From Balanoglossus misakiensis (Eukaryota > Animalia > Hemichordata): DNA of 64,000 bases. Both the position numbers and the translations under genes were made by a program. Positions 1-10,105 of the stretch are shown here, piece by piece. Position 1 is the first letter of the stretch, and the number at the start of each line of letters is the position of its first letter. The notes under the pieces were generated by a model. That model saw nothing but the letters and a program-made list of their open reading frames with translations, was not told where the DNA came from and made no database searches. Where the stretch lies: positions 134,659 to 198,658 of the forward strand of contig JBECUI020000033.1 in NCBI GenBank assembly GCA_040954595.2, written 5' to 3'.

Positions 1-220
1 CTGTAAGGTCGTGGTGGATCCTGTCTCCCAGGTTCTCCTAGGAGTCACCCTGGTGGGAGGGACGGCTTCAGAGCTAATCTACGGCGCCGCGACCTTTATG
101 GAAACAGAGCTGCGTGTTGCCGATATTCGGGAAATCATCTTTCCCCATCCCACCGTATCGGAAGTCCTTCGGGACGTTTTCTTTGAAATTCCTATCACTA
201 CAGAGGGAAACCATGTCTAA
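1..220 (+). CDS. lpdA: Dihydrolipoamide dehydrogenase (E3), C-terminal fragment (5' truncated by window edge)
   Basis: C-terminal dimerisation-domain motifs ASELI and IFPHPTVSE; overlaps the start of the E1 gene. Confidence 0.85.
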   Translation, partial: CKVVVDPVSQVLLGVTLVGGTASELIYGAATFMETELRVADIREIIFPHPTVSEVLRDVFFEIPITTEGNHV

Positions 221-2669
221 AACACAATTAATCGATCCTCGGGAAGTACGGAAAACCGGTAAGATTAAATTTGCCGATATTCCGTTGAACACCTATAAAC
301 CGAACTTTGCCGAAGAAAAAAGGCTATGGGGGGCTAAGCGTCTTAAATTGGTCTACCTGCACATGCTTTTAATTCGCGAATTTGAAACTCTGATGGACAG
401 CATCAAAAAAACCGGTGCTTATCAGGGTATTTCCTACAATCATCCCGGTCCAGCCCATCTTTCCATTGGCCAGGAATCAGCTGTGGTAGGTCAAAGCCTG
501 GCACTTCAGCGGGAAGATTTTCTTTTTGGTTCCCACAGGAGCCACGGAGAAATCCTGGCTAAGTCTTTCTCGGCCATTGAAACGGCGGACGAAGGGACTT
601 TGAGGGAGATTATGGAAGGATATCAGGGAGGCAATATTCTGGCTGTGGTGGAAAAGGGGCACAAAGGTGAGCTTGAGGATCTGGCCATAGACTTTGTCCT
701 CTATGGAACCATGGCGGAGATTTTTGCCAGAAAAACCGGATTCAACCAAGGAATGGGAGGATCCATGCATGCCTTTTTCCCTCCCTTTGGAAGCATGCCT
801 AACAATGCCATAGTCGGAGGGAGTGCAGACATCAGTGTCGGGGCGGCGCTATACAAGCGCATCAACCGAAGTCCCGGCATTGTTATTGCCAACATAGGCG
901 ATGCATCTTTGGGCTGCGGTCCGGTTTGGGAAGGCCTGATGATGGCTTCCATGGACCAGTACCATTCTCTTTGGGATAAGGAACTAGGTGGAGCCCCTCC
1001 AGTCTTGTTCAACATCTTTAACAACTTCTATGGCATGGGTGGTCAGCCTATGGGTGAAACTATGGGCTTTGGGGTGCTGGCTCGGGTAGGTGCTGGAGTA
1101 AATCCTGACAACATGCATGCCGAAAGAGTAGACGGCTGTAACCCTCTGGCCGTGGCCGATGCTACCTTGAGGAAAAAAAAGATTCTGGAAGAGGGCAAGG
1201 GACCAGTGCTTCTGGATGTTATCACCTATCGTATCAGCGGGCATAGTCCTTCAGATTCTTCCAGCTATCGAACCAAAGAAGAAGTGGAGCTTTGGCAGGA
1301 GAACGACGGTGTCAGCAGCTACAAAAACTACCTTATGGACAACGACCTGCTTAGTGCCTCCGAAGCAGAAAGCCTGCAAGCCAATGTCACAAATAAAATG
1401 GTGGAGATCTTCACAAAGGCCATTTCCCTGGAAATTTCCCCCCGTCATACTGGACAGTTTATCGAGACGGTCATGTTCTCTGGAGAAAAAGCAGAGAAGT
1501 TGGCTGATAGGAAACCGGAATTTCTTCAATCCATCGAAGACAATCCCCGGGTAAAGAGTCTTGCTCGAAAAATCCGCAGCACTGTAGATAAAGCTGGCAA
1601 GGCCGTTTCTCCTGCCAAGTTATTTGTTTTTCGGGATGCCCTGTTTGAGGCCATGGTCCACCGTTTCCAGGAAGATCCCTCCATGGTGGCTTGGGGAGAG
1701 GAAAATCGGGACTGGGGCGGTGCCTTTGCTGTCTATCGAGGGCTTACCGAGGCCTTCCCTTACCATCGGCTTTTCAACGCTCCCATTTCAGAAGGAGCCA
1801 TCGTAGGGGCTGGGGTTGGTTATGCCCTCTGTGGCGGTCGGGCAGTAGTGGAGCTGATGTATTGCGACTTTCTGGGTCGTGCCGGGGACGAGGTATTCAA
1901 TCAAATGGCCAAATGGCAGGGAATGAGTTCCGGAATTCTGAAAATGCCTCTGGTGCTTCGGGTATCTGTCGGGGCCAAGTACGGGGCGCAGCATTCTCAG
2001 GATTGGACTGCTTTAGTGGCTCATATTCCCGGACTTAAGGTCATGTTTCCAGCCACACCCACCGATGCCAAGGGCATGCTGAACCTGGCTCTCCGAGGCA
2101 CCGATCCGGTAGTTTTTCTGGAAAGCCAGAAACTCTATGGCATAGGGGAGCAATTTGAGCCCGGCGGTGTTCCCCAAGGGTATTACGAAACACCCGAGGG
2201 ACTCCCGGCAATTCGTCGCAGCGGTAAGGATCTGACTTTGATAACCCTGGGCTCCACTCTCTACACCGCCTTGAAGGCGGCAGAGGTCTTGAAAGAAAAG
2301 TATAATCTTGAGGCGGAGGTGGTGGATCTGCGCTTCGTCAATCCTCTGGACTATGCTCTCCTGGTCGAATCTGTAAAAAAGACCGGACGTGTGCTTCTGG
2401 CCTCGGATGCGGTGGAACGGGGAAGTTTTCTCCATAACGTCGCCAACAATCTTAGCCAGTTGGTCTTTGATTACCTGGATGCCCCCCCCGTGGTACTTGG
2501 ATCCCGCAACTGGATCAGTCCCGCTGCTGAACTAGAAGAAGAATTCTTCCCTCAGATCGGGGATATCCTGGATCTGGTGCATGAACGAATCCTACCTCTG
2601 CCGGGGCACAGCCCCAGCACTATCAACACCCTGGGGGAACTTATACGACGCTATCGGAAGGGTGTATGA
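213..2669 (+). CDS. Fused E1 alpha/beta subunit of a ThDP-dependent 2-oxoacid/acetoin dehydrogenase-type complex
   Basis: Alpha motifs HLSIGQE, HRSHG, GGSMH, GDAS..N and YRISGHS; beta motifs [26 protein letters not shown] at 213 after a GAGGG RBS preferred over the ORF-track start at 114. Confidence 0.9.
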   Translation: MSKTQLIDPREVRKTGKIKFADIPLNTYKPNFAEEKRLWGAKRLKLVYLHMLLIREFETLMDSIKKTGAYQGISYNHPGPAHLSIGQESAVVGQSLALQREDFLFGSHRSHGEILAKSFSAIETADEGTLREIMEGYQGGNILAVVEKGHKGELEDLAIDFVLYGTMAEIFARKTGFNQGMGGSMHAFFPPFGSMPNNAIVGGSADISVGAALYKRINRSPGIVIANIGDASLGCGPVWEGLMMASMDQYHSLWDKELGGAPPVLFNIFNNFYGMGGQPMGETMGFGVLARVGAGVNPDNMHAERVDGCNPLAVADATLRKKKILEEGKGPVLLDVITYRISGHSPSDSSSYRTKEEVELWQENDGVSSYKNYLMDNDLLSASEAESLQANVTNKMVEIFTKAISLEISPRHTGQFIETVMFSGEKAEKLADRKPEFLQSIEDNPRVKSLARKIRSTVDKAGKAVSPAKLFVFRDALFEAMVHRFQEDPSMVAWGEENRDWGGAFAVYRGLTEAFPYHRLFNAPISEGAIVGAGVGYALCGGRAVVELMYCDFLGRAGDEVFNQMAKWQGMSSGILKMPLVLRVSVGAKYGAQHSQDWTALVAHIPGLKVMFPATPTDAKGMLNLALRGTDPVVFLESQKLYGIGEQFEPGGVPQGYYETPEGLPAIRRSGKDLTLITLGSTLYTALKAAEVLKEKYNLEAEVVDLRFVNPLDYALLVESVKKTGRVLLASDAVERGSFLHNVANNLSQLVFDYLDAPPVVLGSRNWISPAAELEEEFFPQIGDILDLVHERILPLPGHSPSTINTLGELIRRYRKGV

Positions 2670-3994
2670 GCAATTGCTCCTGGGAGATTGAATCTTCAAA
2701 GCGACTTTCCCTCTTAAAAGAGATCTTGGAGAAAGACCGTAAGAAGGGTTTTAGCCCTTCTTTCACGGAAGAAGTCAACAATCACATACACACCATCTAT
2801 TCCTTTAGTCCCTATAGTCCCACCGAAGCAGCTTACAAGGCCTGGCGCTCGGGTCTTAAGGCGGCAGGAATTGTGGATCATGACTCTGTCTCTGGTTGCC
2901 AGGAAATGCTGGATGCTGGGCGCTGCATAGGTTTGGCCGTAACCATCGGCTGTGAGATTCGGGTGGATGGAACTGGAACGGTTTTTGAGGGACGTAAAAG
3001 CAATAACCCCGATTCCGAAGGACTACCCTACATAGTCATCCATGGCATTCCGCACTCTCAAATAGCCACGATGGAGACCTGGCTGAGACCCATTCGGCTT
3101 GCGCGAGAGTTGCGGAGTCGGGAAGAGGTTGGGATTCTTAATGGAATCTTGAAGAAAGCTGAACTTCCTATGTTGGACTTTGACAGTCAGATACTTCCCC
3201 TCTCGAGGGCAACCGAAGGAGGCAGCATCACCGAAAGGCATATCTTGTATGCCTTGAGCATTCGCATGACAGATTGCTATGGTCGAGGTCCCACTTTGTT
3301 GAAGCTCCTGAAGGAGCGCTTGAATATCACCCCTCCTCCAAGCTTGACTGAAGTTCTGAGCAATCCTGACAACCCCCATTATCTCTATGATCTTCTAGGA
3401 GTATTTAAAAGCGACCTGGTACCACAATTCTATCTGCGCCCCCAACCTGAGGAATGTCCTCCCCTCCAGGAGGCTGTCGATCTAGCCAATACGATAGGGG
3501 GCATACCCTCCTATCCTTATTTGGGGGATATTACAGATTCTCCAACGGGAGATAAAAAGGGCGGGTTTTTTGAAGATTCCTGGCTGGAAGAGCTTCTTGA
3601 GGCTCTGCTCATCCTGGGGTTCCGCGCCCTTACCTATATGCCTCCCAGGAATACAAAGGAACAGCTCCTGCGGGTCCGAAATTTCTGCCGAGAGGCAGGA
3701 CTCATGGAAATTAGCGGTGTAGACATCAATTCCTCGCGTCAAGAATTCCGCTGTCCAGAGGTGATGCTTCCTCCCTTCCGACATCTGGCAGACCGAACCT
3801 GGGCTCTTATTGCCCATGAGCATCTTTCTTCCTTGAGGGAAGAAGGAGGTCTTTTCCATCCGAAGAATCCTCTGGCTAAACTTTCCCTGGAAGATAGGCT
3901 GGATATCTATGCTCGTCTCGGTCGGGGGATGGACCCCCACCGTCCTGAAACCATAATTCTCAATGCCCTCAAGGAGGGAATATGGAACGCTTGA
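2666..3994 (+). CDS. PHP-domain protein (putative metal-dependent phosphoesterase)
   Basis: [11 protein letters not shown] (HxH), [10 protein letters not shown] and GCE motifs of the PHP fold; ATGA overlap with the E1 gene. Confidence 0.8.
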   Translation: MSNCSWEIESSKRLSLLKEILEKDRKKGFSPSFTEEVNNHIHTIYSFSPYSPTEAAYKAWRSGLKAAGIVDHDSVSGCQEMLDAGRCIGLAVTIGCEIRVDGTGTVFEGRKSNNPDSEGLPYIVIHGIPHSQIATMETWLRPIRLARELRSREEVGILNGILKKAELPMLDFDSQILPLSRATEGGSITERHILYALSIRMTDCYGRGPTLLKLLKERLNITPPPSLTEVLSNPDNPHYLYDLLGVFKSDLVPQFYLRPQPEECPPLQEAVDLANTIGGIPSYPYLGDITDSPTGDKKGGFFEDSWLEELLEALLILGFRALTYMPPRNTKEQLLRVRNFCREAGLMEISGVDINSSRQEFRCPEVMLPPFRHLADRTWALIAHEHLSSLREEGGLFHPKNPLAKLSLEDRLDIYARLGRGMDPHRPETIILNALKEGIWNA

Positions 3995-5121
3995 AACTTT
4001 CCCCCCTCATACGGGGGGCCTACATTGCCCTTGGGGCAGCAGCCCCAGTTATTCGTTACGGCACCGAAGAAAACGCTGCCCTACCGGTTTTACGAGGCCT
4101 CTCGGAGGACGTCGAAGCCGCTGGAGAAGAACTGCGAAACTTCCTGGAATCCCATCGGACTAGCTCCGGTGACCTGCCTTCGGGACTCTGTCTTCCCAAT
4201 GTTGGGAACTTCTATGCCGGGGTTGACTTTGATGCCGCCGAAGCGGCAAGGCGCCGAGAAGTCAATTCCTACCGTTCCGTTGCACATACTGGGCGAGAGG
4301 ACGTTGTTCGGGGACGGGTAGTTCTTGTCACCGGGGGTGCCCAGGGATTTGGGGCTGAGTTTGTTTGCTCCCTGGCCGAGGCTGGAGCCTTTGTTTATGT
4401 GGCGGATATTAACCTTGCTGGAGCAAAAGCCCTAGCGACAGAACTTAATTCCGGGGGTCAAACCAAGGCTGCTGCTGTCGCTGTGGATGTCTCTGATGAA
4501 GACTCGGTTCGGGACATGGCCGCCACTGTTGCCGAAACCACCGGAGGTTTGGATCTATTTGTCAGCAATGCCGGGGTTTTGCGGGTAGGTAGTGTCTTGT
4601 CTATGGAAAGAACGGATTTTGATTTTATTACGAGAATTAACTACACCGCCTTTTTTTTAGGAGTCAAACATATAGCTCCGATTCTTATTCTCCAGCACCA
4701 CGCTGCACCTGAATGGAGTACCGATATAATTCAGATTAATTCTAAAAGCGGTCTGATAGGGTCAAACAAGAATGGGGCCTATGCAGGCAGCAAATTTGGC
4801 AGCGTAGGCCTGGTGCAGAGTTTTGCCCTGGAACTTATGTCCTACGGGATTAAGGTGAACGCCCTTTGCCCAGGGAACTTCTTTGATGGACCGTTGTGGT
4901 CGAATCCCGAAAACGGACTCTTTGTCCAATACTTACGGGCTGGAAAGGTTCCCGGTGCTCAGACTGTAGAGGATGTAAGACGGTTCTATGAAGAAAAGGT
5001 CCCCATGAAAAGAGGCTGCAAGGGAATCGACATTGCTCGGGCCCTTTTTTACTGTGTGGAACAGGTTTATGAAACTGGTCAAGTTCTGCCTGTAACGGGT
5101 GGACAAATTATGCTGCATTAA
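3982..5121 (+). CDS. srlD: SDR oxidoreductase, sorbitol-6-phosphate 2-dehydrogenase-like, with ~105-aa N-terminal extension
   Basis: TGGAQGFG, NAG, IIQINSKSG, YAGSKFG, VQSFALEL and VPMKRGC motifs typical of the SrlD/SorD subfamily. Confidence 0.75.
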   Translation: MERLKLSPLIRGAYIALGAAAPVIRYGTEENAALPVLRGLSEDVEAAGEELRNFLESHRTSSGDLPSGLCLPNVGNFYAGVDFDAAEAARRREVNSYRSVAHTGREDVVRGRVVLVTGGAQGFGAEFVCSLAEAGAFVYVADINLAGAKALATELNSGGQTKAAAVAVDVSDEDSVRDMAATVAETTGGLDLFVSNAGVLRVGSVLSMERTDFDFITRINYTAFFLGVKHIAPILILQHHAAPEWSTDIIQINSKSGLIGSNKNGAYAGSKFGSVGLVQSFALELMSYGIKVNALCPGNFFDGPLWSNPENGLFVQYLRAGKVPGAQTVEDVRRFYEEKVPMKRGCKGIDIARALFYCVEQVYETGQVLPVTGGQIMLH

Positions 5122-5139
5122 GGCAGCTAGGAGAAGAAT

Positions 5140-6405
5140 ATGAGAACAACCGCTGTGCGAATGTATGGAAAAAGCGATCTACGACTTGAGGAATTCGAAC
5201 TTCCTCCTCTGAAGTCAGACGAAATTTTGGCCGAAGTTGTTTCTGATAGCATCTGCATGAGTTCCTATAAGGCAGCCAAGCAGGGCAGTGATCACAAGCG
5301 AGTGCCTGAGGACATTGCCAGGAATCCCGTGATCCTTGGACATGAATTCTGTGGTACGATTCTTAGAGTCGGCAGCAAATGGCAGGATAAATATCAACCT
5401 GGCAATCGATTCACCATCCAGCCTGCCTTGAACTACCGGGGAAGTCTTGATGCCCCAGGCTACTCCTACCGCTGGATAGGAGGCAGTGCCACCCACATTG
5501 TCATTCCCAACGAAGTCATGGAAATGGGCTGTCTGCTCAACTATGAGCAGGATGCCTTCTATTTTGGAAGTTTATCCGAACCTATGAGCTGCATTGTCGG
5601 TGCTTTCCGGGCGGCCTTTCACATTCCTCAAGGGACCTACAATCACCAAATGGGCATCAGAAAAGGAGGAAAGCTAGCCATTATGGCTGGTGCAGGTCCC
5701 ATGGGCCTGGGGGCCATTGATCTTGCCCTCCATGGAGATACACGTCCTCGGCTTCTTGTCGTCACCGACGTTGATGCCTCGCGTCTAGCCCGAGCCGAAG
5801 AGCTCTTTCCTGTGGAAAAGGCAGCAAAAGACGGCATTAAACTTGATTACGTCAATACAGCCTCCATAGCAGATTCAACCGAATTTCTGAAGGCAATGGC
5901 TGGTGAGGGTTATGATGATATTATTGTCATGGCACCAGTCGAGGTTTTGGTGGAACAAGCAGGCAGGCTTTTGGCCAAGGATGGTTGCTTGAATTTCTTT
6001 GCTGGTCCCACTGACCCTGATTTTTCGGCAAAAATCAATTTCTATGACATTCATTATGCCTTCCATCACATAGTGGGTACTAGTGGTGGCAACACTGAAG
6101 ATATGAATATCTCTCTGGAACTCATGAAGGAAGGCCGTGTCGATCCATCGGTAATGATCACCCATATAGGGGGCATCGATGCCGTGGTGGATACTGTCTT
6201 GAACTTACCAAAGTTTTCCGGGGGAAAGAAACTTATTTACACCCACACCACCATGCCCCTGACTGCCCTCACTGACTTTGCTGAAAAGGGAAAAAAAGAT
6301 CCTTTCTTTGCCACATTAGCGGAAATTATCGCAGCCAATAAGGGCATATGGAATTTTGAGGCCGAGAAATATCTGCTGAACAATGTCCAGAGCATCGTAA
6401 AATAG
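5140..6405 (+). CDS. sorE: Zn-binding MDR dehydrogenase, L-sorbose-1-phosphate reductase-like
   Basis: DSICMSSYKA, ILGHEFCG, SLSEPMSC, AGAGPMGLG, GTSGGNT and GGKKLIY motifs of the SorE/YggP family. Confidence 0.8.
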   Translation: MRTTAVRMYGKSDLRLEEFELPPLKSDEILAEVVSDSICMSSYKAAKQGSDHKRVPEDIARNPVILGHEFCGTILRVGSKWQDKYQPGNRFTIQPALNYRGSLDAPGYSYRWIGGSATHIVIPNEVMEMGCLLNYEQDAFYFGSLSEPMSCIVGAFRAAFHIPQGTYNHQMGIRKGGKLAIMAGAGPMGLGAIDLALHGDTRPRLLVVTDVDASRLARAEELFPVEKAAKDGIKLDYVNTASIADSTEFLKAMAGEGYDDIIVMAPVEVLVEQAGRLLAKDGCLNFFAGPTDPDFSAKINFYDIHYAFHHIVGTSGGNTEDMNISLELMKEGRVDPSVMITHIGGIDAVVDTVLNLPKFSGGKKLIYTHTTMPLTALTDFAEKGKKDPFFATLAEIIAANKGIWNFEAEKYLLNNVQSIVK

Positions 6406-6461
6406 AGGAAAAACTGAAGAAAGGCCCAGGTACTAGACCCCCCCATTAGTGTTGATTGATG

Positions 6462-6680
6462 AAAAGGAGATTCTTCTGTTCATGTCATTGAAACACCGCT
6501 AAGGCCTCAGAATTTCCAGGCTGCGCAGTCATTCCCGAATGAATGGTTATACTTGAAAATTTTGCCCTATTCCGGTTTATCTTTGTCTCGGGCAGCCCTC
6601 ACGAGAAGGTTATCTCCTGACAAAGCCGATATTCATACCTAACTGATGTGGATGGGTAAAAAGGAGATTCTTCTGTTCAT
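6462..6680 (-). repeat. Two copies (6462-6483, 6659-6680) of the dispersed 22-bp motif ATGAACAGAAGAATCTCCTTTT
   Basis: aaaaggagattcttctgttcat read twice on the + strand; same motif at 22797, 31730 and in the 46.6-47.6 kb array. Confidence 0.85.
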
Positions 6681-6896
6681 GCCATTAACAAGCTCCCCAA
6701 AGCACTGGTCTCCAGCAGGGAAGGCCCTCTGAGAAGCTGAAGTCAGACCATGATAAACGCAACTAAATTGGCTCTAAAAAATTCCTAAGGTTGTCAAAGT
6801 CCTGGTGCAGCTGTTATTCTTTTAAGCAGTAAAGCTCTTTTGCCCATGATGTAGGTAGACCATTAAAGAGTTAAGCAATCAAAAAGAGGAGAAAAA

Positions 6897-7919
6897 ATGC
6901 TCTATCTTAACTTCCCCACTTGGCTGAAGCCGGAAATTATTCCCGGACTTCCTCTTCGCTGGTATGGTCTCATGTATCTTGTGGCCTTCATGATAGCCTT
7001 TTTCCTATTTCGTTACCAAGTCAAAGAAGTCAAAGCCCCCATTAATGATGACGATATTTCTTCTTATTTTTTCTGGTGTGTTGTAGGAGTTCTAGTCGGT
7101 GCGCGCTTGGTCTCTACTCTCCTTTACGACACCTCAGGATATTATTGGCGCCAACCCTGGTTGATTTTCTGGCCTTTCCAGAACGGTAGATTTGTTGGTT
7201 TCTCAGGAATGAGCTACCATGGAGGACTTGCCGGAGCCATAATAGCCTGTGTTGCCCACTCATTAATAAAAAAGCACAAAGTTGGTGAATGGGGAGACTG
7301 GGCTTTGGCTTCACTTCCCCTAGGCTATACCTTTGGTCGGCTGGGCAACTTTATTAATGGGGAACTTTGGGGACGGGTTACCACTCGTCCATGGGGGATG
7401 ATTTTTCCCCACGCCCCTGCTCTACCTCTAGCGGATCCTCGAGTGGCTGAAGCTGCAGAAAAAATCGGTATGGATGTAATGGGAATGGAATTCATTAACC
7501 TTCCCCGGCATCCTTCGCAGCTATATGAGGCATTTTTAGAGGGGGTGCTCCTCTGGTTATTCCTTTGGTTCATTATCCGGAAGATCAAGGAAAAAAAGGG
7601 TTACTTCCACGGTTTTGTGTCCATTTGGTACCTTATAGGCTATGCCATTGCCCGTATTTTCGTAGAATACTTTCGGGAACCTGCATTAGAGCATGTTCAT
7701 TCCTTTTCCAGAGAAACTGAAACCATTGCCACCTATTTTTTTGAGGGTTTTCGCTATTACACCACGGGGCAGGCATTATCCTTCCTCATGCTGGTTGCTG
7801 CGTTTATAATAGGCTTAGTTTTTTCCAAGCTAGAGAAGAAAAAGAAGCTGGAAGAATTGGACACCACACATGGCCCCAAGGCAAAAGATTGGCGTAAAAT
7901 CCGAAAAAAAGTCAAGTAA
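6897..7919 (+). CDS. lgt: Prolipoprotein diacylglyceryl transferase
   Basis: RWYGLMY, GMSYHGG, GRLGNFINGELWGR, RHPSQLYE and EYFREP motifs; AGGAGA RBS. Confidence 0.97.
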   Translation: MLYLNFPTWLKPEIIPGLPLRWYGLMYLVAFMIAFFLFRYQVKEVKAPINDDDISSYFFWCVVGVLVGARLVSTLLYDTSGYYWRQPWLIFWPFQNGRFVGFSGMSYHGGLAGAIIACVAHSLIKKHKVGEWGDWALASLPLGYTFGRLGNFINGELWGRVTTRPWGMIFPHAPALPLADPRVAEAAEKIGMDVMGMEFINLPRHPSQLYEAFLEGVLLWLFLWFIIRKIKEKKGYFHGFVSIWYLIGYAIARIFVEYFREPALEHVHSFSRETETIATYFFEGFRYYTTGQALSFLMLVAAFIIGLVFSKLEKKKKLEELDTTHGPKAKDWRKIRKKVK

Positions 7920-8016
7920 TAACCTGGGGAGGACAGGTCATTCCCAGTAAGGGCAGGCCTGACAAAACCTTCTGATATAGGTTGTCTTCTCTAAAAATAG
8001 GTTTAGAACTGGGATA

Positions 8017-8844
8017 TTAAAGCCATCGATAAATTCTATTCACCTGTTCGGAAAAAACCAGGGTCCCGATACACATAATAACCGCTCCCAAAATTAAAAG
8101 AGGAGATGAAATAAACATGGCCATATCCGTTCCTGCTGCAATGCAGAGTAGGGAAATAGAGAGCACGAAGTTTTCTCGGAGATTGCGCGAAATGGAGCTA
8201 CCAGCCATGGCAACAGCAGCTAGAAAACCAAGGGCAATGGCTAGAATAGCCAGAGTGGTCCCTCCTCCATGGTGAAAATTCAAATTGCCCAGAGGCTGGG
8301 TTATATCCAAGGGTATCAGGACCGTCAATGTCAATGAGGCAAGAATCCCCACCCCCAAAATAGTCCCTGAATGACGGAAAGTCAGACTTCTTCCAAAGAG
8401 TCCCGTATTAATAAGAGATGCAAGGCCGACGAATCGCATGAAAAGAGCTACCCGGATAAGAGGTAGGCTCCAGGCTGTATTCATGACCTCCCCCACAGTA
8501 AGAATAAGACTCAAACGGATAACCTGCCAAGGTAAAGTAAGCAGAAAAAGCCGTAGGAAAAAAATCTCAGGAGACGGGCTTCGGCGGAATCGGCGTGCAT
8601 TTAATAAGTCAGCTAACAAAGGGAAAACAGTCAACCAGGTCAATCCTACCAGAGCCCAAAAAGTATCTGAAGTTCTAGCGGATCTGAAGATTCTCCACCA
8701 AATTTGGGTTTGAGAAATCTCCGGTCTCCACGGCGGAAGAAGGTTACGAAACCATAGGTACCAGACGAACCCTAAAAGTATTACCGCCGCCAATACAGGA
8801 ATACGAAGAATGACAAGAAATTTTTGTCTGGCGGTAAAAGTCAT
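8017..8844 (-). CDS. Hypothetical multi-pass membrane protein
   Basis: Long ORF with about 7-8 hydrophobic segments; start uncertain (8844 or 8892). Confidence 0.7.
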   Translation of the reverse strand: MTFTARQKFLVILRIPVLAAVILLGFVWYLWFRNLLPPWRPEISQTQIWWRIFRSARTSDTFWALVGLTWLTVFPLLADLLNARRFRRSPSPEIFFLRLFLLTLPWQVIRLSLILTVGEVMNTAWSLPLIRVALFMRFVGLASLINTGLFGRSLTFRHSGTILGVGILASLTLTVLIPLDITQPLGNLNFHHGGGTTLAILAIALGFLAAVAMAGSSISRNLRENFVLSISLLCIAAGTDMAMFISSPLLILGAVIMCIGTLVFSEQVNRIYRWL

Positions 8845-9038
8845 AGCTGCAGAATGACATAAAAAACAATAAAAACCAAGGAGAAATTCCATAAACGAAG
8901 AGACAGGGGGCCAAGCCTCCTATGGGTTTAGAAAGAAAGGAGAGTACTCTGTTGAAAGGGGTAAGGGGTACAAAAGGGGTTCGACTGTCAAAAAACATGT
9001 TTTAATAAAAAATTCTTGTTAAGGAGGTGAATAGGGAA

Positions 9039-9782
9039 TCAGTCCCTCGCGGATTTTGCTAGACGGGCAAAGAGTATCAGCAGGAAGAACCACAAGTATC
9101 TTAGCAGCCTTAGGAAGCGCCAGGGTCTTAAAAGGGTACCGAAGAAGCCCTTTAGCAAATCGTAGACAATTCCTGTGCGCGGTTTTCTCTTCCTCCGACC
9201 GGAGAACACCTCGTAGCAGCTTTTTTCCATCAACGAAAGCCCCGGGGCAAAGTTCTGGAGATTCCTTGAAAGCCAAAGCTGTCGTTTCCTCAGGCCACTA
9301 CCAGCAAGAAGGAGGGTAGGAGCAGATTTTCTGATGGCCATAATAACATCCTTTTCCCGGTGAGTTGGGAAATGCGTCGTGTAGCGTCCTACTACACGAA
9401 GTCCAGGGAATGAGGAAAGGACGATGGCCTCGGTCCGTTTTATTCCTTCAGGGCTAGAGCCAAGAAGGTAGACTGTTGATTGGAGTTTTTCAAGAGTACC
9501 CAGCAAGCGAATCACAAAAGGGTAGGGGTACCATCGTGTAAGGGAAGGTTCTCTAAGATATCTGGCAGCCCAACAAAGCAATCGTGAAGTGGGTACCACC
9601 AGAGCAGCATTCCGAACAGAATTCCCAAACTCCTTATGATATCTGGTCTTCATAAAATCATGGAGATTCAGAAGAATGATTTGACGATTTGAATCGCCTT
9701 TTAAATGGTTCCCTATGACTTCTTCCAGATTGTCTTCTGTTATGACGTCCAAAGGTATTGAGAGAACTGTACTCCGTTTCAT
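9039..9782 (-). CDS. WecB/TagA/CpsF family glycosyltransferase
   Basis: Family layout: IPLDV, A.LVVP, VYLLGSS, FPGLRVVG, I.KSAPTLLLAG.G...QLW. Confidence 0.8.
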   Translation of the reverse strand: MKRSTVLSIPLDVITEDNLEEVIGNHLKGDSNRQIILLNLHDFMKTRYHKEFGNSVRNAALVVPTSRLLCWAARYLREPSLTRWYPYPFVIRLLGTLEKLQSTVYLLGSSPEGIKRTEAIVLSSFPGLRVVGRYTTHFPTHREKDVIMAIRKSAPTLLLAGSGLRKRQLWLSRNLQNFAPGLSLMEKSCYEVFSGRRKRKPRTGIVYDLLKGFFGTLLRPWRFLRLLRYLWFFLLILFARLAKSARD

Positions 9783-10105
9783 TAGGAATTCCCCACACTG
9801 CTTTCTTAGAAATATTCAATCAGTTTTCGAAAGTTACTTAAGGAGATTGTGACCTAGGAACCCCTGTCTAAACTACCATAGCCTGTTTTTTTCTTCTGCA
9901 TCTGGTGAAAGCTTCCGAGAAGGCATTGTAAACTTTCTCAACAAAGGTGGCAAGTAAAAAAAAGACTATCGGGGGATTGGAAAATATTTTTTGAACTGCT
10001 GGAGGGGCATAAAGAAGGCAGAATAAGGCAGGGGAAAGTCTCTTGTAGAATTTTTATCTTATAAAAGAAAATGGCAGGAATTTTTTGATATCATCAGGAC
10101 TATTA

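Noticed and set aside
114-212. ORF-track N-terminal extensions (E1 from 114; also moaC 13008, pepT 25275, permease 38883, ATPase 40579, htrA 45373, comM 50161)
   Set aside because: They overlap upstream genes or lack an RBS; downstream starts with an RBS fit the family N-termini better
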